DNA from: an uncultured archaeon
GTDB lineage: Archaea; Thermoproteota; Nitrososphaeria; Nitrososphaerales; Gagatemarchaeaceae
Direction: 5' to 3'
Length of the DNA stretch: 64,000 bases
NCBI GenBank assembly: GCA_963817525.1
Contig: CAWFOU010000007.1
Location: forward strand, 576,001 to 640,000
Below, piece after piece: positions 36,478-45,241 of this stretch. Each line of letters starts with the position of its first letter. Within the stretch, counting starts at the first letter, position 1. The notes beneath the pieces were generated by a model. The model was given only the letters and a program-made list of their open reading frames with translations, searched no databases and was not told the origin of the DNA. The position numbers and the translations under genes are program-made.

Positions 36478-36609
36478 TCAGGTCTTTGGGCGGCGCAGGA
36501 CCTCGTATTCGTACACGAATATGACCACGAGGCTGACCACGAAGAGCAAAATCATGGCGACGCTGAGGAAGTTGTAGTAGCCGCTGACGTCTAGCACCGG
36601 AATCTGCAT
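36478..36609 (-). CDS. Small single-TM protein (43 aa)
   Basis: One hydrophobic helix with basic tail; TATA-like element upstream. Confidence 0.45.
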   Translation of the reverse strand: MQIPVLDVSGYYNFLSVAMILLFVVSLVVIFVYEYEVLRRPKT

Positions 36610-36732
36610 GTTCCGAGATGGCGGGTGATATTCATATAGAAAAGCATTCTGGATGGCGGCGCACGGCATTATCGGGCGCTTGGATTACCTCCGAAAGGAA
36701 AGATTACATAGCTACTGCGGTCCGTCGAAGTC

Positions 36733-36884
36733 GCCGGGGTAGCATAGCTTGGCCCATTGCGCCGGCTACGCCCAAGCGTGGGCGAGACTCATAATCGGCC
36801 AAGATGTGAAATCCGGAGAGGATAGCGATATCCCCGAAGGTCGCGGGCTCAAAATGCAGCGGCATGAGAATCCCGCCCCCGGTA
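36733..36884 (+). tRNA. Elongator-type tRNA-Met(CAT) with four BHB introns (30/31: 36766-36786; 37/38: 36794-36810; 45/46: 36819-36839; 59/60: 36854-36870)
   Basis: Removing the four inserts gives a 76-nt cloverleaf: GCCGGGG/CCCCGGT-A, CCGGA-CTCATAA-TCCGG, AGGTC, GCGGG-CTCAAAT-CCCGC. Confidence 0.88.
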
Positions 36885-37065
36885 CCTTTTTTGGACTGCC
36901 TTAGCGGAAGGAGGACTTAGTTGTGGTCGTGGAGTGCCTACCGGCCCCGGAGATTCGCAATCGAATTCTCGAGGGTTATGATGTCTGCGCGAAGATTCGG
37001 ACGGTCCAAAGGAAGATTCGAGGAAATTCTTTGCGGTGTGAAAAATCGCTGAAGTTCATTGTAGG

Positions 37066-37139
37066 AGCCGCGATCGGGAATTGAACCCGAGACCTTTACC
37101 TTACCAAGGTAACGCTCTACCAGACTGAGCTATCGCGGC
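37066..37139 (-). tRNA. tRNA-Thr(GGT), no intron
   Basis: GCCGCGA/TCGCGGC-T; TTACC-TTGGTAA-GGTAA; T-loop TTCAATT. Confidence 0.95.
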
Positions 37140-37204
37140 GCAGGCGCGCCACCTAGCTAACGGGATTTATCTATTCTGAGGGAGGAAGGGAGTTTGCTGA
37201 TGCA

Positions 37205-37672
37205 ATGGATGATTCCCAGTCGCGGCTCTACGCTGCTTGGAAACGCGTAAAGTCAGGCCTGTCCTCTGAGGCTGCCGTGGTCAAGTTCACGGCCAAGGAG
37301 GAGGCGTTTCTAAAGTCCAACGAGGTGTGCCGCCTCGCGACGGCCTCAAAGGATGGGAGGCCGCAGGTCACGCCCGTCATCTACGCGCTGGACGGGGCTG
37401 CCTTCGTGGTTGCGGTCGACTACGGCACGAAGAAGCTAAAGAACGTCAGGGAGAACCCGAGCGTGGCGCTCGTGGTGGACAGGCTCCGCCCGACCAGGGC
37501 GGTGACGGTCGAGGGGACCTGCAAGGTGTACGAGAGAGGCACCGAATACCTCAGGCTACTAGGCCTGCTGATGGATAGGTTCGAGAGCTATCGGAAGAAC
37601 CCGTGGGGAGAGGGAGAGTCGCCGATCTTTCGCATAGCCCCGGACAAGGCCGTGAGTTGGGGCTTGGGATAG
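37205..37672 (+). CDS. Pyridoxamine 5'-phosphate oxidase-like (PPOX class) protein; start may be 37277
   Basis: RLATASKDGRPQVTPV, KLKNVRENPSVALVVD. Confidence 0.85.
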   Translation: MDDSQSRLYAAWKRVKSGLSSEAAVVKFTAKEEAFLKSNEVCRLATASKDGRPQVTPVIYALDGAAFVVAVDYGTKKLKNVRENPSVALVVDRLRPTRAVTVEGTCKVYERGTEYLRLLGLLMDRFESYRKNPWGEGESPIFRIAPDKAVSWGLG

Positions 37673-37727
37673 GCCGCGTACTCCGGTTAGATTCTTTAAG
37701 CCGTTGTTCGCGGCCCGTCTGTTCTGC

Positions 37728-37812
37728 GCGGGAGTCGCCCAGCCTGGTCAACGGCGCGAGGCTCAGGACCTCGTCCCTCAGGGGTTCGTGGGTTCAAATC
37801 CCACCTCCCGCA
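37728..37812 (+). tRNA. tRNA-Leu(CAG), no intron
   Basis: GCGGGAG/CTCCCGC-A; CGAGG-CTCAGGA-CCTCG; long variable arm; T-loop TTCAAAT. Confidence 0.95.
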
Positions 37813-37842
37813 CTTTTCAACCCGCCGCGAAGACTAGTTGTT

Positions 37843-38706
37843 TCAGTTGAACTCTTTCCTTTCGAAAAGGAGGAGTCCCAAAATCGCCGTGACCGCGAAA
37901 TAGGCCGCGATTATCACGAGGCCTTCAGGAATGGTGACGTTGAATGTCGTCAAGGTAGGTCCGACACCGCCAGGACCGAAACGCGACGGAGCTGTCACGA
38001 CGTGTTGAGGATAGGGGGAGTCGAGAACGTTGCCTATTATCCCGGCGCCATATGTCAGGATGAACCATGGCTCGATCTGTGCGAGGTCAGAGACGAGGGT
38101 CTCTATCAACGTAAACGCGAAGAGGAACAGGATGGCGGTGACTAGGATAGAGTAGGAAGTGCTCTTGAAGAGAGAGCTGAAGAAAAATGTGAAGCCGAGG
38201 ACAGCCATGAGGTAGAACCAAGCGAAGAGGAATGACTCGGCGAATTGCCAAGGAATGCTCAGCCCGTAGTACAGAGAATTGTTAGCTATGGTAATCACAG
38301 CGAAGATGGCGAGCACTATGGAGGATGCTATGAACGCGGAGATCCACTTCCCGACATAGACGCTCGACCTGCGGATTGGGTTGGGAAGGGTGAAGTATCC
38401 TGTCTTGTTCTGAAACTCTCCGGAGATGGCGTCACCTCCGAAGAAGATTCCGGAAAGGATTACGATGAAACTCGCCGACATCCCCCACCATCCTGAATAG
38501 AACGAGAGCGTCCCGGAGCTGACGAAGCTTGCCGGCCTGTAGTGAGCAACGACGACGGTGAGGATTGCGCTTATCAGAAGCATTATGCCGAGGAGTATCG
38601 CGAATCTTCTTGACCTGAGATAATCAAGGAATGTGTACCTCATGGTGATTCCCACCTGGGTGATGCTGTTCGGGACGCTGCTCGCAGGCGCGCTCTTTTC
38701 TGTCAT
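37843..38706 (-). CDS. ABC-2 type transporter permease
   Basis: Six TM helices; DAISGEFQNKTG...PIRR....GK motif. Confidence 0.88.
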   Translation of the reverse strand: MTEKSAPASSVPNSITQVGITMRYTFLDYLRSRRFAILLGIMLLISAILTVVVAHYRPASFVSSGTLSFYSGWWGMSASFIVILSGIFFGGDAISGEFQNKTGYFTLPNPIRRSSVYVGKWISAFIASSIVLAIFAVITIANNSLYYGLSIPWQFAESFLFAWFYLMAVLGFTFFFSSLFKSTSYSILVTAILFLFAFTLIETLVSDLAQIEPWFILTYGAGIIGNVLDSPYPQHVVTAPSRFGPGGVGPTLTTFNVTIPEGLVIIAAYFAVTAILGLLLFERKEFN

Positions 38707-38711
38707 TGTTC

Positions 38712-39659
38712 TCACAATGTGTCCTTAATCAGATTCAGGTACGATTCCTCGAGCGCAGAGGAAGTTGGGGTGAAGCTAACTACTCCTATGTTGATTCCGA
38801 CAAGCTCAACGAGGATTTTCTCCTGGACGTCAAGCCCGCCGCTGCAATGAATCCTCAGTCGCTTGTCGTCCAGCTTCTCTACCGAGACCACCCCAGGAAG
38901 TTTGGTGATTGAGCCGTCGAGCACCCCAGGCTGCACCGGGCGCGTGAGCCCTACGTCCACTATGTTGTCTCCACCTGAGAACTTTCCGGTGACGTTCTGG
39001 AGTGTGTCGTAGACCAGCAACTTCCCATGGTCTATCATGGCGACCTCGTCGCAGACGTCCTCGACTTCGCTGAGGATGTGAGAGCTCATGAAGATGAGGC
39101 GGTCCTTGTTCTTCAAGGCCTTGACTATGCCTCTGACCTCGCTCATCCCTCTCGGGTCCAGACCAGTGGTTGGTTCATCGAGTAACACTATCCTAGGGTC
39201 GCTCAGGAGGGCTGAGGCTATGCAGACCCTCTGCTTCATGCCCTTCGAGAACTTGCCGACCCTCTTGTCGATCCATTCCTGCATCGCCACCTCCGTGATG
39301 ACTTCCTCTATCCTATTCCTTCTCTCGGCGTGGGGGACCCCTCGAAGTTCCGCCACCATCCCGAGGGCCTCTCTAGGCGTCAGCGAGGGATAGATCTCCG
39401 GCGTTTCGATGACGGTGCCTACCGACGCCAGGGCGGCCTTCTTGTGCGTGTGGACGTTGTCGCCGTTGATCAGTGCTTCGCCGGAGGAGGCCCTTATCAG
39501 GTCCGTGAAAATCTTGAGTGTGGTCGTCTTGCCCGCGCCGTTGGGCCCAAGGAAGCCGACGCACTTCGAGCCCTCGATCTTCAGGTTGAGGTTCGAGAGG
39601 GCCGTGAACGAACCGTACACCTTCGAGAGGTTCACGGCCTCAAGTGATGGATTCGTCAA
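38712..39659 (-). CDS. ABC transporter ATP-binding protein
   Basis: GPNGAGKTT, FSKGMKQR, LLDEPT, SSH. Confidence 0.93.
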   Translation of the reverse strand: MTNPSLEAVNLSKVYGSFTALSNLNLKIEGSKCVGFLGPNGAGKTTTLKIFTDLIRASSGEALINGDNVHTHKKAALASVGTVIETPEIYPSLTPREALGMVAELRGVPHAERRNRIEEVITEVAMQEWIDKRVGKFSKGMKQRVCIASALLSDPRIVLLDEPTTGLDPRGMSEVRGIVKALKNKDRLIFMSSHILSEVEDVCDEVAMIDHGKLLVYDTLQNVTGKFSGGDNIVDVGLTRPVQPGVLDGSITKLPGVVSVEKLDDKRLRIHCSGGLDVQEKILVELVGINIGVVSFTPTSSALEESYLNLIKDTL

Positions 39660-39682
39660 GGGTTGCTCACCTCGATTTCCCC

Positions 39683-40456
39683 TTAGCTAACTACCTTTCT
39701 GAACAGGTAGAGGGTTATGCCCATGGTAACGATGGCTATCCCCGCGATGAATACGAGGGCGCCGAGCTCCGCGCTCAAAGAGAAGAAGCCCGGGATTGAG
39801 AGGTCCCTGACCGCGTTGACTGCGTAGCTTATCGGGTTGACCTTGGAGACGTACTGCATCCACGTCGGCATGAAGCTCAAGGGGACCAGCGCAGTGCTCA
39901 TGAAGAGCAGGGGGAATGTCATGAAGGCGCCTATCCCGAAGACCGTCTCAGAGCTCTTCGTCCTGAGGCCGAGTGCGAGGGAAATGCCCGACCACGCCAG
40001 CCCGAAGAAGGCGATGATGAACAAGATTAGCAGGACGCCGGGGATTCCAGAAGCCAGCCTGAACCCCAACAAGTATGCCAGCCCGAGTATGATGATCGAT
40101 TGGACCGTGACCCGGAACGCGTCCGTCGCCAGCCTTCCGAGCAGTATCGCGGGCCGGCTCACCTGCGTGACGAGCATCTTCTGCAGGAATCCTGAGTTGA
40201 GGTCCTCGACGATGCTGGTCCCCGATTGGAGCGCACTGCTGAACGCATTCTGCATCAATATGCCGGCGGATGCGTACTCGAGATAGCTCACGCCCTTGGG
40301 GAAACCCGGGAGCAGGTTGAGCGAGTGGAAGAGCTGGGTGAAGAGGACAAGGAAGATGATTGGCTGGAACAGAGAGAAGAATATCAGGATTGGGTTGCGG
40401 ACGAGCTTCTTCAGGGCTCTGACGAAGAGGTTCCGCGTGTCGAATAGGATGGTCAT
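39683..40456 (-). CDS. ABC-2 (DrrB-like) permease
   Basis: SLFQPI, GFLQKML, FPLLFMS, NPISYAVNAVR. Confidence 0.88.
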   Translation of the reverse strand: MTILFDTRNLFVRALKKLVRNPILIFFSLFQPIIFLVLFTQLFHSLNLLPGFPKGVSYLEYASAGILMQNAFSSALQSGTSIVEDLNSGFLQKMLVTQVSRPAILLGRLATDAFRVTVQSIIILGLAYLLGFRLASGIPGVLLILFIIAFFGLAWSGISLALGLRTKSSETVFGIGAFMTFPLLFMSTALVPLSFMPTWMQYVSKVNPISYAVNAVRDLSIPGFFSLSAELGALVFIAGIAIVTMGITLYLFRKVVS

Positions 40457-40462
40457 TTCCTT

Positions 40463-41482
40463 TTATCTCCTCCTGCTCCCAAATCTTCCCGTGCTGACTT
40501 CCTTCACAAGCTCTTCTCTCCGTATCCTCTTGCCAGTGTGCTTCAGGAAGACGTCGTCCAAGCTCGGAGTGGAGATGTTGATTGATATCAACTGGATGTC
40601 TGTCTTGTCGAAGGTCCTGACGAGCTCGGGCACGAAGAGCCCTCCGTTCTTCACGTAGAGGGTGAGGCCTTCCTCTGTGTCGACCACGCTTATCACTTCG
40701 GGTATCTGTGATAGGAGGGTCTTCGCGGCAGCCTTCGTCGAGGCTCTGTCTCCGGTACCGGTCCTGTTCTCCACCGAAATGGTGATTGCGTCGGCGCCAA
40801 TCTCCTTCTTCAGGCCCAGCGGCGACCCCTCGGCTACAATCTTACCCGAGTCTACGATGCAGAGGCGCTGGCACAGCCGATCCGCTTCTTCCAGGTATTG
40901 CGTGGTCAGGAAGATGGTAATCCCTTCCTTCTTGTTGAGCACCTCGAGGTAGTCCCACACCGTCGCGCGCGACTGCGGGTCGAGTCCTGTTGTCGGCTCG
41001 TCGAGGAAGAGCACCTTCGGCTTGTGAACCAGAGTAGAGGCAAGGTCAAGCCTCTTTTTCATTCCGCCGGAGTAGCGTCCAGCCCGCTTGTCGGCCGCGT
41101 CCTTCAGCCCGACCACCTCCAGGAGATAGTCGACCCTCTCCTCGAGCTCCTTGCCATGCATCTGTTGCAGGTGTCCTTCGAGAATCATGTTCTCCCTCCC
41201 AGTCAGCTCGGGATCTACGGAGGTGTCTTGGCTCTGGACTCCGATGATTTTCCTAATCTCCCTGGGGTCCTTGTCCAAGTCGTAGCCGGCGACCGATACC
41301 GTGCCCGAGGTCTTCCTCAGAAGGGTGGTGAGGATCTTGATGGTCGTGCTCTTGCCCGCGCCGTTAGGCCCGAGGAAGCCGAAGAACTCGCCCTCCTGCA
41401 CGTTGAACGATATGCCATCGACTGCCTTGGTGCCGTCCGCATAGACCTCAACGAGGTCGCTGACGGTGATGATGTCGGCCAT
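40463..41482 (-). CDS. ABC transporter ATP-binding protein (DrrA-like)
   Basis: GPNGAGKST, YSGGMKKR, FLDEPTTGLD, TTQYLEEAD, PSLDDVFL. Confidence 0.92.
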   Translation of the reverse strand: MADIITVSDLVEVYADGTKAVDGISFNVQEGEFFGFLGPNGAGKSTTIKILTTLLRKTSGTVSVAGYDLDKDPREIRKIIGVQSQDTSVDPELTGRENMILEGHLQQMHGKELEERVDYLLEVVGLKDAADKRAGRYSGGMKKRLDLASTLVHKPKVLFLDEPTTGLDPQSRATVWDYLEVLNKKEGITIFLTTQYLEEADRLCQRLCIVDSGKIVAEGSPLGLKKEIGADAITISVENRTGTGDRASTKAAAKTLLSQIPEVISVVDTEEGLTLYVKNGGLFVPELVRTFDKTDIQLISINISTPSLDDVFLKHTGKRIRREELVKEVSTGRFGSRRR

Positions 41483-41541
41483 GGCGCTCTCTCCCGGATG
41501 CGGCAAGGTTGGTTTTATAAGTATATCTAATACGATATCGT

Positions 41542-41551
41542 TATCATTCAT
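41542..41551. promoter_or_regulatory. AT-rich divergent promoter region between the ABC operon and the PadR gene (palindrome ACGATATCGT at 41532-41541 is a candidate operator)
   Basis: TATA-like TTTTATAA and CTTATATA on either side of a perfect 10-bp palindrome; operator role is inference. Confidence 0.3.
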
Positions 41552-41607
41552 GTTGCAATGTAGTATTTAGATTGCTTATATAGAGCCGACTGCGCAGAAC
41601 GTAACAA

Positions 41608-42162
41608 ATGGAGTCCGGAGCGAAGAAGTGGATACACCCACAGGCCGTCCCTCGAGGCATCCTTCGGCTCTACATCCTGTCCATGCTGTCCAAGCGCGAA
41701 GAGACGGGGTATTCAATAATGCGGACGATTGAGGACAAGACGGAAGGCGCGTGGAGGCCCGGCCCCGGGACGGTCTACCCGTTGCTGAGGAGCTTGCTCA
41801 AGGAAGGCCTGCTCGAGAAGGCCGCGGCTGGGCGGGATACCGGTGCCATCGTGAAGTACTCTGTGACCAAAAAGGGGAAGCAGGAGCTGGAAGAGATGCA
41901 GAGGACGCTTGCCTCGGCGGGGAAGAGAGAGCGGGTCATGATTCGCCTCTTCGCCGACCTGCTGCCGGCAGAGGTGTGGGCTTCGGCCTTCGTGAATCGC
42001 GGGAGGGAGATTTTCGACGTGTTCCAAGAGGTCATCTCCCAGATTCCCCAGCCCCAGCGGGAGGCGGTGCTCAAGGACGCCCGTGCGATGTTGGAGCTGA
42101 ACGTGTCGTGGGTCGACTCCCAGCTCAAGCCCAAGAAGAAGCAGATTATAGAGGAGAGATAG
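41608..42162 (+). CDS. PadR-family transcriptional regulator
   Basis: LRLYILSML...TGYSIM...WRPGPGTVYPLL..L..EGL...YSVTKKG. Confidence 0.9.
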   Translation: MESGAKKWIHPQAVPRGILRLYILSMLSKREETGYSIMRTIEDKTEGAWRPGPGTVYPLLRSLLKEGLLEKAAAGRDTGAIVKYSVTKKGKQELEEMQRTLASAGKRERVMIRLFADLLPAEVWASAFVNRGREIFDVFQEVISQIPQPQREAVLKDARAMLELNVSWVDSQLKPKKKQIIEER

Positions 42163-42178
42163 CGGCGCCGCTGGCGGT

Positions 42179-42508
42179 CTAGGCGCTGACCTGTATCTTA
42201 GAAAGCGTCGCCTTGCCCAAGTCGGTTATCTCGTACTTCCCCGCGTCGCCGAAGAACTGGATGTTATACCTGACGAAGCCCAGCGCCAGGAGTTCCTTCA
42301 TGTGGGACAAAGTCCTCCACTGAGAGTTGTTCGAGAGCAGCTTGTCGAGCTGGGCGTTCGAGAGGCCTTCGGCGCTTTTTGCGAGGGCCTCGAGGATGCT
42401 GACCAGCTCGTCCTCTTGGGCTATTTGCCGCAGGGTCTCCTCCTGCCCCTTGGGGTCAGACGGCCACGTCCAGATGCCCTTCATCGGGTCAGGTCGTGTC
42501 GATGACAT
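42179..42508 (-). CDS. Hypothetical winged-helix protein
   Basis: ILEAL...GLSNAQL...L.ALGFV...YEITDLGK. Confidence 0.6.
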   Translation of the reverse strand: MSSTRPDPMKGIWTWPSDPKGQEETLRQIAQEDELVSILEALAKSAEGLSNAQLDKLLSNNSQWRTLSHMKELLALGFVRYNIQFFGDAGKYEITDLGKATLSKIQVSA

Positions 42509-42598
42509 TGATAAGGACGACGTGTGATTGAATTCGTTTCACGATTGAATCAACTGTTTTTCGTCCCGCCGGACAAAAGGAATTGAGGTGTCGTGTGA

Positions 42599-42862
42599 GT
42601 GCTCTTTATGGAAGTAATCACCGAATACGTGGATTGCAGAACCGAGCTAGAAGACCGGATTCGTTCGCTGGAATCGGAGCAGTCGGCCCTCCTGACAGAG
42701 ATTGCAAGCCTCAAGGAGAAGCTTACGACCCTGGAGCTTGAGAGACACGCTAACTCTCTCTCCAACGAGGTCGAGGCCTTGAGGACAGAGAAGGCAGTCT
42801 TGGAAGAGAAGGTCGCTACTTACTCCAGCCCGATAGCGCCGGCCGAAAGCTACCAAGTCTAA
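42599..42862 (+). CDS. Hypothetical coiled-coil protein
   Basis: Heptad-rich L/E/K sequence. Confidence 0.55.
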   Translation: MLFMEVITEYVDCRTELEDRIRSLESEQSALLTEIASLKEKLTTLELERHANSLSNEVEALRTEKAVLEEKVATYSSPIAPAESYQV

Positions 42863-42877
42863 GCCAGTCTTTACCGA

Positions 42878-43303
42878 CTAGCGAAGCTTGGCCGCCTTCT
42901 CCTCTAGCTCTCCTTTTTCTTTTCTCAGATAGGCGACGTGCTTCTCCAGCGCGTCGAGCTTGGCCTCGAGGACCCTTGTCTCGGTGTCCTTCTTGCTGCG
43001 CTCCAGGCCCTTCTGGAGGTCTGAGTATTCCTTGTCCATCATCTGGACGCGCTTCTCGAGGTCCTGGTTGGTCTTCTTCAGGGTCTTGATGTCCGTCTGG
43101 ATTTTTTCCATCTGGTCGTCAGGGACGACCAAGTAGTGCTGCCTGCTCACGACGGTCGGGAACTTTGTGCCGCATTTTTCACAGCCGTACATCCCGACCT
43201 TCCTCTGGGTCAGGCCGCGTTCGCCCTCCTTCGGCTCGACAATTACGGTGAAGACTTTGGAAGGAGTGGATACCGCAGTCCCGCAGTTTGGGCAAGAAGG
43301 CAA
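42878..43303 (-). CDS. Zn-ribbon protein (Cren7-like N-terminus) with C-terminal coiled coil
   Basis: CPNCG...PSKVF...KVGMYGCEKCGTKF followed by about 80 aa of heptads. Confidence 0.6.
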   Translation of the reverse strand: MPSCPNCGTAVSTPSKVFTVIVEPKEGERGLTQRKVGMYGCEKCGTKFPTVVSRQHYLVVPDDQMEKIQTDIKTLKKTNQDLEKRVQMMDKEYSDLQKGLERSKKDTETRVLEAKLDALEKHVAYLRKEKGELEEKAAKLR

Positions 43304-43343
43304 GCGCTAGCGGCCGCATGTAATTCGTAGCGTTAAATCTTTG

Positions 43344-43634
43344 CTACTCGCGGATGGACTCTAGCTCGGAGACGGCTGACCAAAGGATGACCCTGGCGAA
43401 TGATGACATGTTCGGGTCCTGAGCGACCTCGTCGAGCATGCTGATCGCGTTCGCGGCCCTCACGGCGAGGCTGACCTTCGGGTCTTGGAGGGCGACCATT
43501 GAGTCCTTCACTATCTTCCTTATGTTGCGCGGGGTGATGTTTGAGTCTGCTATCTGCTGGAGGCTCGCGCTAGCCTTTGCTAGCTTGCCGTCGTTGGCCT
43601 GTTGTTTTTTCTCTCTGTTTGTCTTGGTGCTCAT
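43344..43634 (-). CDS. UPF0147 family protein
   Basis: DSNITPRNIRK...RAANAISMLDEV.QDPNM...ARV.LW..VS.LESI. Confidence 0.88.
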   Translation of the reverse strand: MSTKTNREKKQQANDGKLAKASASLQQIADSNITPRNIRKIVKDSMVALQDPKVSLAVRAANAISMLDEVAQDPNMSSFARVILWSAVSELESIRE

Positions 43635-43752
43635 GATTGCTATCAGGTGGTTTAGGCGTTGGAGTTTCCTGTGCCTTCCACCCTAGCATATTTGGCTTTC
43701 TATGACGGGCTACAGTGTTTATAACTCTGGAGAAGGCTGTGGTGGAATATAA

Positions 43753-44094
43753 TTGAGCACGACCGCAGCCAAGACGAAGACGACCGTCGAGCTGATGAGG
43801 AGAGGGGCCGTCATGATGAAGGAGCCCTGCCAGGTTTGCAATGGGGTCCAGCTGAGGTACAAGGGGAGGGTATACTGCACGAATCATGACGACCTGACGG
43901 CTGCTCTTCAGGCAAAGGAGATACTCTACCCGGACGTCGCGGAAGACCTGAAGAATTTGCTCTTGGTCAAGCTCAAGGAGTCGATGTCTCTGTTGGAGAA
44001 TGAGAAGGACCCGGAAGAGCTCGACAGGCTGGTCTCCCTAATGACCAGGTATGTCGAGCTGCTGAGGAAAGTGGAGCCGGCTCAAAGAGCTTAA
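43753..44094 (+). CDS. UPF0148 / autoantigen-p27-like Zn-ribbon protein
   Basis: ELMRRGAVMMKEPCQVC...GRVYC. Confidence 0.8.
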   Translation: MSTTAAKTKTTVELMRRGAVMMKEPCQVCNGVQLRYKGRVYCTNHDDLTAALQAKEILYPDVAEDLKNLLLVKLKESMSLLENEKDPEELDRLVSLMTRYVELLRKVEPAQRA

Positions 44095-44117
44095 ATCGAC
44101 AAACAGGTCGCTCTCCG

Positions 44118-44597
44118 TTGCAAATGGTCCTCAGGATAGGTCAGAGGGTCCCCGACTTTACCCTCCCAGACACGAACAAGCACGACAGGAAGCTGTCAGA
44201 GTTCACCCAGAAGGGGAAAACGGTGCTACTCTTCTTCCCGTTCGCATTCTCCGGCGTGTGCGACAAGGAGGTGTGCGTCTTCAGGGATGACGCTGCGAAG
44301 TTCAACGCCCTGGGCGCCCAAGTCGTGGGGATAAGCGTCGACAGCCTATTCACGCTGAAGGTGTTTGCGCAGACGTACAACCTGCAGTTCACGCTGCTGA
44401 GCGATTTCAACAAGAAGGTGTCGAGGGCCTACGGCGTGCTCCACGATACATGGGTGGCCTTCGGATACAAGGGCGTCCCCAAGAGGGCGGCCTTCGTGCT
44501 GGACGGCAAGGGAATCCTCAGGTACAAGTGGACGACCGACATCCCTTCCAACGAGCCGCCCTACGAAGAGATCCTCGCGGCGGTCGGCAAGCTCTAA
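44118..44597 (+). CDS. Peroxiredoxin (AhpC/TSA family)
   Basis: PDFTLPD, FFPFAFSGVCDKE, GISVDS, LLSDFN. Confidence 0.9.
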   Translation: MQMVLRIGQRVPDFTLPDTNKHDRKLSEFTQKGKTVLLFFPFAFSGVCDKEVCVFRDDAAKFNALGAQVVGISVDSLFTLKVFAQTYNLQFTLLSDFNKKVSRAYGVLHDTWVAFGYKGVPKRAAFVLDGKGILRYKWTTDIPSNEPPYEEILAAVGKL

Positions 44598-44650
44598 GCG
44601 GGGAGTCTAGGGTCTCCTTTTATAGGAGTTTGACATCGGAGTCTTCGAAA

Positions 44651-45013
44651 ATGTCGTCCGAGGCAACGAAGATGATCAAACCCGTCGTGGACATCACGGA
44701 GAACGCCGCCTCGGAGCTGATAGTCTACCTCGCAAAGCAGGGCAAGCCCATGGCGGGATTGAGGGTTTTCGTGTCGGCTGGGGGGTGTTCTGGCTTGTCC
44801 TACGGCATGGTGCCCGAAGAGAAGTCGACCGACGACGACTATGTCATAGTGGAGCATGGTGCGAAGCTAATCGTCGACAAGTCCAGCATGCCGTTCATCG
44901 CAGGGTCTGTGATCGACTTCCAGCCTGACAAGCTGATGGGCGGGGGTTTCGTGGTGAAGAACCCGAACGCGGTCTCGACGTGCGGCTGCGGCGAGTCTTT
45001 CAAGACCGAGTAA
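44651..45013 (+). CDS. A-type Fe-S cluster carrier (HesB/IscA/ErpA family)
   Basis: GGCSGLSY and NPNAVSTCGCGESF. Confidence 0.92.
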   Translation: MSSEATKMIKPVVDITENAASELIVYLAKQGKPMAGLRVFVSAGGCSGLSYGMVPEEKSTDDDYVIVEHGAKLIVDKSSMPFIAGSVIDFQPDKLMGGGFVVKNPNAVSTCGCGESFKTE

Positions 45014-45061
45014 GGCAAGAATACTCCAAACCTATATTGGGTCGGAATCCCAGCGCACGGC

Positions 45062-45240
45062 GCCGGGGTGGCGGAGTCTGGTTAACGCGCGGGCAGTTCG
45101 CTCCGCTCCAAAAGAGTGCGCGAATCCGCATCTCGAGATCATCCGACTTGACAGCCCGTGACCTAACGGTCATGTGGGTTCAAATCGCGCGGGGAAAGGA
45201 CGTTTTACCTTCCCCGCGGGTGGAAGTCCCACCCCCGGCG
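45062..45240 (+). tRNA. tRNA-Ser(CGA) with three BHB introns (31/32: 45095-45131; 37/38 or 38/39: about 45139-45153; 59/60: 45185-45226)
   Basis: GCCGGGG/CCCCGGC-G; spliced anticodon arm CGGGC-CTCGAGA-GCCCG; variable arm GACC/GGTC; central helices GCGG/CCGC, TCGA/TTGA, TTCA/TGGA. Confidence 0.87.
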
Positions 45241-45241
45241 C

